From assembly GCA_010093815.1 (NCBI GenBank), contig ML996581.1: 64,000 nt of DNA. The stretch is one strand, 5' to 3'. Both the position numbers and the translations under genes were made by a program. This DNA comes from Pseudovirgaria hyperparasitica. Taxonomy: Eukaryota. Position 1 is the stretch's first letter. The number at the start of each line of letters is the position of its first letter. Shown here one piece after another: positions 51,505 through 62,581 of the stretch. The notes under the pieces are model-generated. The model was not told where the DNA came from and did not search any database. It saw only the letters and a program-made list of their open reading frames with translations.

Positions 51505-53943
51505 TTAGGCCGGCGCAGCGTCCGCCGCCGAAGAAGAAGAAGAAGACGCGACAATGGACTTTTTACGACCGAAGATTGTGCGCGTTCGCGATTTGTCGCG
51601 CGGCTTCTTCGTCGATGACGGGTCCTTGTTGGCGGTGCGTGGGCGACGGTCGGATGAGTCGTCGGTGGAGGCGGCGGCGGCAGCGGCGCCGTCTTGGTCC
51701 ATGTATTTGTCCTTGTAGATCCTAGAAGTCATTGTTAGCTTGTACTGACTGTTTGCCTGTCTGCCTTCCTGCCTGCCTGGCTCGCAAAATGCGACAAATG
51801 ACTTTGACATGTTCGAAATGAGAACAAGGAAATGATGGATAATTAGGTGAAAGGAGAACACGACGTACCAGTTATTCCCAACCATGCTGATGCCTTTCGC
51901 CTCGGCCGCTCGGTAGAACTTTGCCGCCTTCTTCATATCCTTCTTCGCGCCGATGCCCTCAGTGTAACAGTACCCGGCCTCGGCCAGGGCGTCCGCATCG
52001 CCCCAGTTGCCCGCAATCTCAAAGCATCGCAGCGCCATCTTCTTGTCCTGGTTGATGCCCCAGCCATTCATGTAGCTGACTCCAAGCTCGTAGATGCCGA
52101 GCGCGAACTGCGCCTTGTGTGTCTTGCTCGAGATGCGGTCGTGCGGCTTGCCCTGCTTGGTCGAGTTTTCGTCTTCGGCCACCTCGGATTGCGCCAGGTC
52201 GACGGCTTGCTTGAGCCATTTCACGCCTTCTGCCTGGTTCGGCCGCATGCCCCAGCCGTGCCGACAGGCGAGTGCGTAGAGGAGCATGCCGGTCGGATGC
52301 CCGCCGCGCGCAGCGAACCGTAAATGGTACGTGGATTTCTGGAGTGAGCCGGATTCGTGGCATTCAATGCCCTTCTCAAGGTGTTCTTCGGCCGTCCAGT
52401 CGGACATGGGCTTGGACGCGGTGCTTGGGCTTGCCGTCGCACTTGCCTTGATGGTGCTATTACTCGAGGCGATGGATGGCGCAGACGGATTGGAGACGTG
52501 CTGGCTGGGCCGTGCGAGAACTTGCTCGTCGAACGAGGCACCGCGCGTCGAGATGGGCACCGTATTCAGACTGTCCTTCTGCTCTGGCATGCTGTTCCCA
52601 GTCCGCGGTGGCGATGGTGGCGAATGCGGTCGAGCACTGGTGGCTCCTGTGACGCTCGTCCGGTTCGATGGATTTTCCCATATTTTGTTCATAAACTCTG
52701 CTGGACCAATGGACTCGCGCTGCAAGGCCCGGCCTCGCGGCAAACTGTATTTCGAATAGATGTATGATCCCGCTGTGCCATGCGGGTCGTCTTCTCTGGC
52801 AGAGTGGTACTCATCACTGGTCATGCTGACAGGCGTGTGTACTTCGTGGAGAGGATAGTTGTGTTGTGAGCTGTCTCCGGAACCTTGCCGGATTGGCACT
52901 TCGAGTGAAGGTCTTGATTCGTGACCATGCTCCAACGTGTGTCGTGGAGGAGGCTCAATAGGCGTTCTTGCGTCAAATGATGGACGCGCACTGAGTGGCC
53001 TCGAGAAGTTGAACGAGGGTCTACCCAGTCTGGAGCCCCCGACAGAATATTCCGACGAAACTGAGGGTGATCTGGGAATTGAAGACCCAATCATGGGAGA
53101 GAACGGTGACGGGGCTCTGTTGGAAAAACTAGAATTTGATGACATGTGCTGCGTTGGAAGAGAGTCGTAGGAGCCCCCTAGCGATAAGCCGTCAAAATCA
53201 TCTGTTGGCTCCACAGGCACCGAACGTATACTCCTCGGTGATTTTGGTATTCCTGGAGATGCTTGGGGTAGTGGCAGCAGATGAGGACTCGGGCTGTACC
53301 GCCCAGAATTGCCTGAGCCGCCCGATGCGATCGAGCTGACAGTCAGTTTCCTCGGCTTGTCTCGGGGTGGATAGGAGTGGTCCCGTTGATTGGGAGTGAC
53401 ATCTCGAGATTCATTCGCAGGCTTGCCGTCTAGAAAGTCTGGCGACAGCGCTCGTGGGATCTGGAAGTAGTCGATTTGCGACTCCGATCCCTGGGTAGGT
53501 GAGTATCCCTCTCCAACCGGAGAAAGCTCATTTTTGAAGTGCGATGACTGTTTTGTTGGCTGAAGAAGAGCATCGTCCGATTGGATGACTGGATAGAACG
53601 ACTTATGTCTATTCTCAACTTTCTCCGGGGTTATGATTTGTTCTGCGCTCGTGTCTGGCTCGTATTCGTCTGCAGCTGTCTCGGTTATGGTGCGGGTGAG
53701 AAACGGCCGCGATCGGCCGAACTGACTTTCAACGGTGTTGGGCGGTAGCCTACTGAGACGTCTGCCATTCTTGTTTGGTTGCTCGAAATGTCTTGCCAGC
53801 ATACGACTCTGGAGTGCAAATGCATCCAACGGTGAAAGCGCCGGAGGTATCTCGCCAGTTCGCGGGGAGGGTAGGTCATAGTTTGAACGTGTAGAGTCGT
53901 ACGAATGAGCGCGAAGGTCGATATAATCCGGTCGTTTCGCCAT
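51505..53943 (-). CDS. Sel1-repeat protein (Dsf2/Nif1-like), 2 exons (intron 51722-51868)
   Basis: Disordered S/P-rich N-terminus with PPALSPLDAFA; C-terminal GMLLYALACRHGWG, YELGVSYMNGWG, WGDADA, VGNNWIYKDKY. Confidence 0.88.
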   Translation of the reverse strand: MAKRPDYIDLRAHSYDSTRSNYDLPSPRTGEIPPALSPLDAFALQSRMLARHFEQPNKNGRRLSRLPPNTVESQFGRSRPFLTRTITETAADEYEPDTSAEQIITPEKVENRHKSFYPVIQSDDALLQPTKQSSHFKNELSPVGEGYSPTQGSESQIDYFQIPRALSPDFLDGKPANESRDVTPNQRDHSYPPRDKPRKLTVSSIASGGSGNSGRYSPSPHLLPLPQASPGIPKSPRSIRSVPVEPTDDFDGLSLGGSYDSLPTQHMSSNSSFSNRAPSPFSPMIGSSIPRSPSVSSEYSVGGSRLGRPSFNFSRPLSARPSFDARTPIEPPPRHTLEHGHESRPSLEVPIRQGSGDSSQHNYPLHEVHTPVSMTSDEYHSAREDDPHGTAGSYIYSKYSLPRGRALQRESIGPAEFMNKIWENPSNRTSVTGATSARPHSPPSPPRTGNSMPEQKDSLNTVPISTRGASFDEQVLARPSQHVSNPSAPSIASSNSTIKASATASPSTASKPMSDWTAEEHLEKGIECHESGSLQKSTYHLRFAARGGHPTGMLLYALACRHGWGMRPNQAEGVKWLKQAVDLAQSEVAEDENSTKQGKPHDRISSKTHKAQFALGIYELGVSYMNGWGINQDKKMALRCFEIAGNWGDADALAEAGYCYTEGIGAKKDMKKAAKFYRAAEAKGISMVGNNWYVVFSFHLIIHHFLVLISNMSKSFVAFCEPGRQEGRQANSQYKLTMTSRIYKDKYMDQDGAAAAAASTDDSSDRRPRTANKDPSSTKKPRDKSRTRTIFGRKKSIVASSSSSSAADAAPA

Positions 53944-55267
53944 TATATTATGTTGCAGAGTATGGTAATGGTATAGTCAGTAGGATGCCCTGCATGGGTG
54001 ATAACACGAACGGTTCCAGACAAGGGTCGCTCGGGCGGTCTTGAAGTGATGCGAACGAGCGAGGATACAAGATTGGATGGCGTGTAGTGTCCTGATAACA
54101 ATGGCAGGGCTTTTGCTTCCGGAGTATGTTTGGCACGGTAAGAGGCTGAATTGTGGCAAGCAGTGGAAAGGCGATGCAGTTGTATTGTAACGGGCGAGGC
54201 GCAGACAGTTAGTGGCGGGGGATGGATGGTATGGAGTGAACGAATGCGGTCGGACAGGCGGCGAGCGGACGGATAGAACGAGAGGCGATGGCGTAAAGAG
54301 TGAATGATATTCGCCGGCTGGTGAGAGAGGGCGAAACTGGTATTACGGTTGCTGGTGGTGATCGTGGTGGTGGTGGTGGTGGTGGCTGTTGTAGTGAATG
54401 AAGAGTGAATGGTTGCAGAGAGGGTGGTGGTGGTGAGTTCTGACCTGCGCACGGGCCCTTGACTCGCTCTGGCGGTGGCTCGCCCAAAATGCAAAAGGGG
54501 TCGCGGCGGGCTGGCCGGTTATGTTGTGCTTGGCAGGTGTAATTATGATTAGGATTAGGTATGTTAATGATGATTTATCGTTGTTATTGTACCCATCCAT
54601 GTCGTCCGGCTGTTTCAGAGTCACCCTGGCCCTGTAAGAGCAACTCTGTTCGCCCATAATTCATTACTCAAGCCGCGTCCAAGGGCTTCTTTGTCTGTTT
54701 GCCGTTGCTCTGGCTGCCGTCGGGGGGGGCTCAGTGCAAGAGTGCAATGTTTTCTCCCGCATGACGCATCAACACATGCAACAATCGAGTCGATGCGTCT
54801 TTTCTCTCCCGGCATGTGCACATGGTTCGTAGAAATAACAATCGCGGGCGTATTATTACGAGGTATTATATTAGGCGCAGCACCTCATGCAAGCCCTTGG
54901 TACTGGAGATTGAGGCGACAAGGCAACAGGGAAACAAGGCAACAAGGCAACAATGCAGAACACATGAAACCAAGTCTGCATATCTCATTCGTCCGTCGTA
55001 TGTTAGTCCATACCAGTGATCCTGCCATGTTCTAGAGGGAAGTGCTAAAGTGCTACATTAGAGAAACTAGGCTGGGTACCGTCGCGTCGCGTTTGGGGTC
55101 AAAAGATACAGGCATTCGCTCTGCTGATGGAGAATCGATTAAGGTCCTCTCAAATTAATATGTACAGGGGATGGTCGTCTACGCTTGCTAGGAGTGAATG
55201 AGAGTGGAACGTTGCCTAATCTTACATTCCATGCAGTCTGCCAGCTGGAGGGTGCCCTCTCACCAAC

Positions 55268-56798
55268 TTACTTTTCCACCTTCTCCCATGACTGCACTGT
55301 GTCTTCGAGTCGCGGCTCCGTTGTCATGGCTTCTACTGGCATTCGTCGGATGCCGAGCATGTACCCTACCACGCCGCTTGGTATCCAGTTACCAACAAAG
55401 TCGTATGCCACGCTGCCTCGACCAACTCGCCATATACGCTTAGGCTTGCTCGCCGTCAATGCATCAAATACTGCGTTGTGTAGGCCGCGTAGAGAGCTCC
55501 CCTTTGAGCCTTTGCCATTCTCGCAGAACAGTCCCGTCCGCTCTGCTGACGCGCCCTGTGCGACGTAGTTCTGAGCGTACAGAGTCTTCGAAGACGCAGG
55601 CCATGTCCGCACCTGATTGTGGCTCATTGCACGGAGCTGATTCTTGTTCCCTATGTGGCTGAAGTCGAACGTACCAAGCTTCATTAGACACACCGGAATG
55701 CCAAGCGTCCCAAGCTCTGCTCGTAAAGACGCAGTGAAGCCTTCTATAGCACTGACAACTGTGCTCTCCACCGCATGAAATGCTGGCCTCAGTGAAGAGA
55801 CGACTCCAGGTGCTAGCACCAATATCCGAGCCTTCGTCTCATACACAACAGGGAGGAATGCTTGTATTGTTGCGATCGTGTTCAACACTTTGGCGTTCAA
55901 AGCGTCCGACCAAAGCTCGGGGGACACTGTCTCCACGGGACCAGATGGATAGATGAGATCGGGAACCATGATGATACCTGCGAGGTGCAGGTTGTGTGGG
56001 GAAGCGCCTGCAAATGCTTGATGCGGACTCATCAAGATGTTGCGAAAGTGATCGATCGCGTCCTGACTACTCAGAGGCTAGTAAGTTGTCAGCACGCGTT
56101 TTCAGCTCTGCTACTATCACAGATTCTCGGCCTGGAAGCACTTGAAGCGGTTCGTCTTTGCGAAAAGTGTCGCTCAACTGATGTCCTCCTGTGGACTTGT
56201 AAAACTTACATCTACTATGTCCAGGTTCAGCGGCTTGATGTCGACCCTGCCTTCACTTTGAACAATTTGCTCCTCTTCCGTAGAGTTTACCACAATGTAG
56301 ACTATGAAGCCTCTCCTTTCAAGATCCAAACTTATCGACTTCGTGACTGGGGAGCCAGCGGGCCCAGCAATCGCAACAACTTCACGCCTTGCACCATTGC
56401 TAGCTCTTCTTGCCCTCCGCTTCTTGTTGTGCCCGAATCGTTGTCGGTATATCAGAAACGCGCCTGTACCCAAGAACGCGATGATGGCTGATGTGAGCGC
56501 GCGATTCTTATCGGTCCACTCTTGGAGTCTTGCGATATAGCCTGTCGATGCGTTCTTCAGAATTCGAGGCGGAGGCGAAGGCGGAGATCGGGCAGTGCCA
56601 GGAAGCCATCCGGTCCCTGAGAGCTTTTCTCGTATGCTCGCAGCTACATATTCAAAGTGTCGGTCTGTAGCATCGGCCAAGTCTTCGGCGTACGTGTGTA
56701 TGTCTCGCGATATGCCGCCGAGCTATACAAGATTAGCAGTCTTCAAGTGCATTCAGAGTCCATACTATCTGAAGGAAATGCTGGTCGTCGCTAGTCAT
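55268..56798 (-). CDS. DUF1776 (SDR-like fold, Ysc83-like) protein, about 4 exons
   Basis: MTSDDQHFLQI|LGGISRD..., TM followed by RRARRASNGARREVVAIAG, LDLERRGFIVY, SGPVETVS, LRGLHNAVFDAL, VGRGSVAYDFVG. Confidence 0.82.
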
Positions 56799-58846
56799 GG
56801 TCACGAAGTCTAGGCTGTGACTAGATTACGTACATATGTCCGAGACAAGATGTGGAAATGGATTCAACGTGTCAGAGGTCAAATCAGACGATCGAAGTGA
56901 AAGTTGTGATGATGCGAACTACGTACGAGCGGGGATAAGAAGCTTATCGCCACGTGCAGCGGCCTCCGAAAGCCGCCTGAAAAGCAATCGCCAACGCAAG
57001 TTTGATTTCACCACCATCAGAACATCCGTTTGACCTCGTGCTCGCTATGTATCCTGTCGTTCATAACAGCACTGGGATCAAGACCAGTTCGGAATCATCA
57101 TCTCTGGTGACACAGTCAATACCATGGATGCATGGACATCCGCCAAGCCAGGCAGACGTTCGTCGTCAACATTGTGCATACTGCTGCGTACGGACTCATT
57201 GATGAGATGGACTACAGGCGAGAACGTGATCGATGCTTACCTTACATAAAGCATCTAGAACCAAGAAACTGTGTATTCCTGTCGGAAGGTGCAGATCCTC
57301 TGAAACTATATAGCAACATAGTAAAAGTGTGATTTCATGTCATTGGGCGTTGAGCTACGGTATGTCAGAGACAAACTGGGTTTGTTTAGACTTGCTTGAT
57401 TTAGAGATAATACCTTTGATTCGGCTCGGTCCAACCGAATTTCAGGAAGTAACTAACGGACGATATATTTAGGGCGGAGTTGAAAGAAAGGATCTACTCT
57501 CTCTCATACATACGCTTCTAACAGCTCATTTCAGAGAGTGTAGCTCTGCAGTTGACGCAATTCACCCTCCAGCAAGGCACCCACCGCATCCATATGCTCA
57601 ATTTGCTGTCGACTAAGTTGTCCCGAATGTGTAAGGGAAGACTGACAACACTCGGGCGGAAGACGGTACCTAGTCAACTCAGTTCACATCACACCCGACC
57701 TGCATGAGCTCCCGCCAATACGGTCGTGGAAGTTCTAAAGTAGTAACCGGAGTTTGGTGTAGGTAGGCAATCGTCGTCTATCACAGACAACGATCTTGTT
57801 CGGCCCGTCAGTGCCGCTGATGGACTTCATCGCAACATGATACCATAAGCCAGTGTCTAGCATCTACAGTCCGGAAATCCACATTCGTGATGAGCTTGCA
57901 CGCGCAAACGTAGGGGTACAAAAGAGGCTGCTACGTTGCCGGTATTCTTGCGTGCCCTAATGAGCGTGAAGAGCATTGCGAACTAGATCCCATGGTGCTT
58001 TATGGATATATATGCCTAGCTTGGAATGAAAATTACCATCATAGTGGACTCGTCCCGATCCTCATACAGGTACTGTAGGTGGCAGATCTGCCGAGCCGAG
58101 GCTCGTCCATCTGGGCGCAGGGAGGCGCAAAGCCATGAAAAGCAAGAATGCAGGTGCGTCTGCCCCTCAACAAACTGCCTGTTGTGCCCCTTGTTCCTGC
58201 CCCTTTTATTGGAATCTTGAGGTGGAATGTGGAAGCTGCTACTGTAGTGCCAGAAAAGTTCTCAGGATGGAAAGTCCCACCAGAAACAGAAACCGTCACC
58301 CACCGGGATCGACACAGCCACGTTTCAGACTTTTCAATTCTGACAGTCCCACTAGTACTAAGTTGGATTAGTGGCTATCACTCCAATGATGTCACTGTCA
58401 CTTGTCACTCGCCGCCATTAATTACTACTTACTAATCGTTGGATGGCCATGAATGGCTTCTTCACTATTCTGGCCATCTCTTCATGGCTATGCTCTGGAA
58501 ATACTACAAGATACAGTATACAATGTTCCAACTGAGCTATCGGCTTACCTCTTAGGCCTCAGCTCCACGTCCGACTGGTTTCAGGAAATGATTATAGGGG
58601 GGCGCTTCGTACCCACAGGTTCGCCACGATGTCACTGTCGCCCTCGGCACGGTCATCGACGGCGCCAATTTTATTTTGCTGCCATGTATGAGTAGGTATT
58701 ATTAGGCGTTAGATGACCGCACTCTTTTACTATTTTCTCTTTCTCCCTCTTGCTTTCTCTATGTTTTCGATCCCCATACAAGCCTTCATGCCGCTCTTCT
58801 CTGTTTGTCTGCTTTGACGCTTTCGCTCTCTCTCACAACGAAAACA

Positions 58847-60810
58847 ATGGACACCGACTCCAAATATTACCTCTCGACTCGTCCCAGTGAGGCCTCGTTA
58901 CGCCCAAGTGACGCCTCGATGCGTACGATTAAGAGTATGGACCAATTGATTGAGGGCGACCCTCTGAACAACAACCGACACGCGGATGGCCAGAACTCTC
59001 GTGGTCCCCAGCGCCAGCCATGGCAACCCGGTATTTGGCATCGACTTCCATGGGTCCCTTTCACTTCCCTCATCGGAAGCACGCTCTGTACGTGACCACT
59101 CAGCAACTGATTCATCCCTGTCCTCTCTCGGTATGAGACTTACGAGCTTCAAAGGCGCGATTGGAGGTATCATCGTACTGATCACCAGCGACCGAAAAAG
59201 CACTTCAGCATGGGACGAAAAGCTTCATTTGCAACCCGCTGTGTATCTAGCTATTCTTTCGGTCCTTGCCAATATTTTTCTCGTGTTCGCGCTCGCCAAA
59301 GGGTTGGTCATAACTTTTTGGACTGCCGCACTGGACGGCTGCACTGTAGGTCAACACTTGTTCAGCCACTGAACTTAGCCCGTATTAACGTTGACAGCTC
59401 GCTGATCTTCATTACATCTGGGACTCTGGCACTTCATTCTTTGGTGCTATCCAAGGTGTGTCCCACAAGAAGGCCGTTATAGTTTCGATCGCTTGCATCT
59501 TCACCGTTATTTCCGTTGGTCGAGGACCACTCAATCAACGAGCGACCAATATTTAGTCGAATCATGTGGTTTATTCTAATGGCACCACTGTTGTCAATAT
59601 CGCACAGGAGCTCCCTAATACCTTTGGGGGGTATCCAGTCCTATCTAGGGCTGCCGTTCGACAGACCGCACGACTGACGCCAAATCTAACCCAGGTTTTG
59701 CAGGAGTATTCGCAGCGGCAAACAATAGAGCTCACCCATTCTGGTTGCGGCCAACAATGCGATGCCACCATCAAGGGCTTTGGCTTTCGAGTCAACTGCA
59801 GCGAGCAGGTTGAGTATGAAGATGTCGTAAAAGTTGGTACCTACCAGACCCTGTTCGCGTCCTGGGCTTCTCTTAATTGGACTTCTAACGACTTTTACAA
59901 CCCGGTGCCTTCGTTCATCACACTGAACGCAAGGTATCGAGTCGATGATGTCCCTGTCGAAACGAATGCGACTACCCATGCTGCCAAAGTGTCCTTCAAG
60001 CGTCACTCCTGCGACCTTCACGGGGGCGTCACCGCGTATCAGCTCAATCTGACTGCCCACTCCGTCAACTTCAAATACCCCGACTGGCGTTCTGACGCCT
60101 TCGAAAGAGAAGTCGAGCTTCTAGGACCGACCAATCAGCCAACTGGTGGGCCCAACGTTATCGGCGGCTTCCAGAAGGCCATAGACACCCTGTTCAACTC
60201 GACAGCTATCTACTTCCTTGGTGGTGCTGTTTCGTCGACTGACTTGACAGGAAATCTGGCCAACCAGTATGTCAAGGACAATGGTAGGCCCTATGACCCA
60301 CTGTTCACTTTTAACGATCCAATGGAAGAAATGTTGATTGCTGTCCGCGAACTTTCATTGCGTGCGTCCATAGCAGCTGCAAACCAAGCCTGGTCCCATG
60401 CGCAAGGAAACAACACGGCGATGACTTTGGCCCAAAACACTTACCAACAGAACGTGACATACCATGGGTATTACTTCGACGACATATACGTTACGGACCG
60501 GGTATACTTGGCCGTCTCTGCACTAGTCTCTCTTTTAGGTATAGTTGCTGTTGCCGCGACATTCTGGGGGTACTGGAATCTTGGCCGCAATGTATCGCTG
60601 TCGCCCTTGGAGATCGCGAATGCGTTTGACGCTGATGTTCTAAGCCACCTTGGCGACAATGCTGAAAGTGCGACATTGGCGAAGTATGTCAAAGGTGACT
60701 ACGTTCGCTATGGCGAAAAGCATATGCCACTACCCGAAGGACGCATGACTAGATTGCGGTTTGTACGAGGCCCGGAGGCAAACCGTCCGTATAGGAACAT
60801 GTACTACTAG
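58847..60810 (+). pseudogene. DUF3176-like membrane protein gene with one in-frame TAG (59554-59556); pseudogene, allele-specific nonsense, recoding or sequencing error
   Basis: Introns 59088-59155 and 59346-59397 give PWQPGIWHRLPW, QPAVYLAI, TLADLHYIW, GPLNQRA. TAG follows, and the same frame continues about 417 codons to FWGYWNLGRNVSLSPLEIANAF. Confidence 0.7.
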
Positions 60811-60869
60811 CGATAACGTCGAATTACGGTGTACCCTTGGATCCTCTTTCTTTTTCGAACCCGATCTCA

Positions 60870-62581
60870 TTATCGCAGTATATGCTTCCTCACTGTCAGC
60901 ATGCTTCGAGGCCACCAGCTTTCCTTCGAACAATGGTTTGAGCATTGAAGGTCCACGATGGACAAGAACCTCTCAAGCTCCCATTCCCCGAGGTTTCCAA
61001 TCCACCAGACACCATCCAGAAGAGTCACCAATACAAGCCAGTAGGCGAAGATTTCTGCAGCCAGTTGTTCGACTGGACACCATCGCCCATAATGCGATCC
61101 AGCAGGTTGTATGTTGAGGTGTAAGGAGTTCACTTCTTTTGGCACCGTTGTTACGTGCTGGACAAAGGTAATGAAATTAGTCGGTACTAGATTCAGAAAG
61201 GACATGATGGTTCTACGAAGAAGCTTCGATGGCTCAGCAGATGTTACTCGTGCCAGGTATGTCCTCAGCCATGGCGAGCCATTGGTTGGAAGCGTATTGT
61301 TGCGAAAGATGTGAGAATTCGGCGACATGTGTCCGGGTGGAGAATGATCTTCACTTGAAAACATTGCCGACGCAACCTTCTGCAAGACCTCCATAGCCGT
61401 TACGCAATCATCGATTCGAAGACGATTGGAAGGTGATGACTCGTATGTGTGGTCGCCATCTAATAGCATGTCAAGCTTTTGCGATTCCACACGAGTTCGG
61501 AGTTTCTCGAATGCACATGAATACGTGCCGGCGATGATTGGCAGGACAAGTCGACTTGTTTCCTTTGTTGGTCCGCTTTCTGGACACAAAACCACACATT
61601 CATGCCCAGCTGTTCGTTCGTATCCAGGCTTATCCTCGCTACAATCCCACGATGGATACCCATCATGCACATACTCCGGACTCGATAGCACCCCTACAAA
61701 AGCCAAATGCGCAGTCCTCACCAACATCATCCAGTCCCCCTGACCGGGCTGTACCCGAGAATCTGGCTCTGTTTTCCCTTCTATCGTCATCATCGCCAGC
61801 CGTATCCGCAGACTTTGATCGGCTAAACCATACATAACCATGAGCGCCGCATTTGCCAGCACAATATCATAACACCCTGGCTCGAGAGCTGCTACTTGCA
61901 TCTCGCGCAGTGCGATCTGGTAGTGCTGGCCTGCAAGTTCTAGAGTGTGAACAATCCTGTTCATGATAGCTTGTGTGACTGATTTGCCTTGGGCGAGCTG
62001 AAAGCATCTTGAAACACCGGAAAATGCAAGGACAGAGGCCATGAGCGGGCGGCTACGCAGTGCAAGGTTGGGCACGCCGACTTGCAGTACATACAGTTCA
62101 TCTTGATCGAATGCGACAAGGCGTCCGGTTCTGGTTATGTAATCTCCGAAAAGCACAAGTTCAGTCGCTCCAAAGAAGCCAAAACTCTCTGCAAGCGGTG
62201 TAGGTGTGTCGATTCGCCCAAATGATTGCGGTTTTGTAGCATATTCTTTCAATATCGATAGTTCGCGGGTACTGGATCGTGTTGATATGCCATCAAGTAC
62301 TTGACGTTTTAGTCTCACAAGACTCTTCTGGGAGCTTTTGGCTTGAGGATAGCAACATGTATATCCGTATGCTACACAGCGGGAACATGATGGTTTTATT
62401 TCGTCACACTGTATTCATTTTTAGCCATCTGACCAGATACCGCTTACGACAATGCAATGGATCGACTGTTGTTTCGATGGCTTACCTTTTTTCTCTGCTG
62501 CTTACATCGCAAACATCCATTCCTGGATTTTCCATGAGGTCTGCGAAACTTGAACTCAGATGTTATCGACATCATTGACAT
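60870..62581 (-). CDS. Zn(II)2Cys6 transcription factor, Upc2/DUF3468-like (intron 62409-62485)
   Basis: Exon 1 RRPHGKSRNGCLRCKQQRKK splices to CDEIKPSCSRCVAYGYTCCY, in frame with ORF 60870-62318 (AGQHYQIAL, IFAYWLVL, WWIGNLG, WP). Confidence 0.9.

Noticed and set aside
50271..51725. ORFs of 170-220 aa around the assembly gap
   Set aside because: Low-complexity translations of microsatellite and homopolymer DNA.
57000..58800. Gene-poor interval, possible decayed gene or transposon
   Set aside because: No transposase/RT motifs, terminal repeats, strong AT-rich RIP signature or spliceable long frame found.
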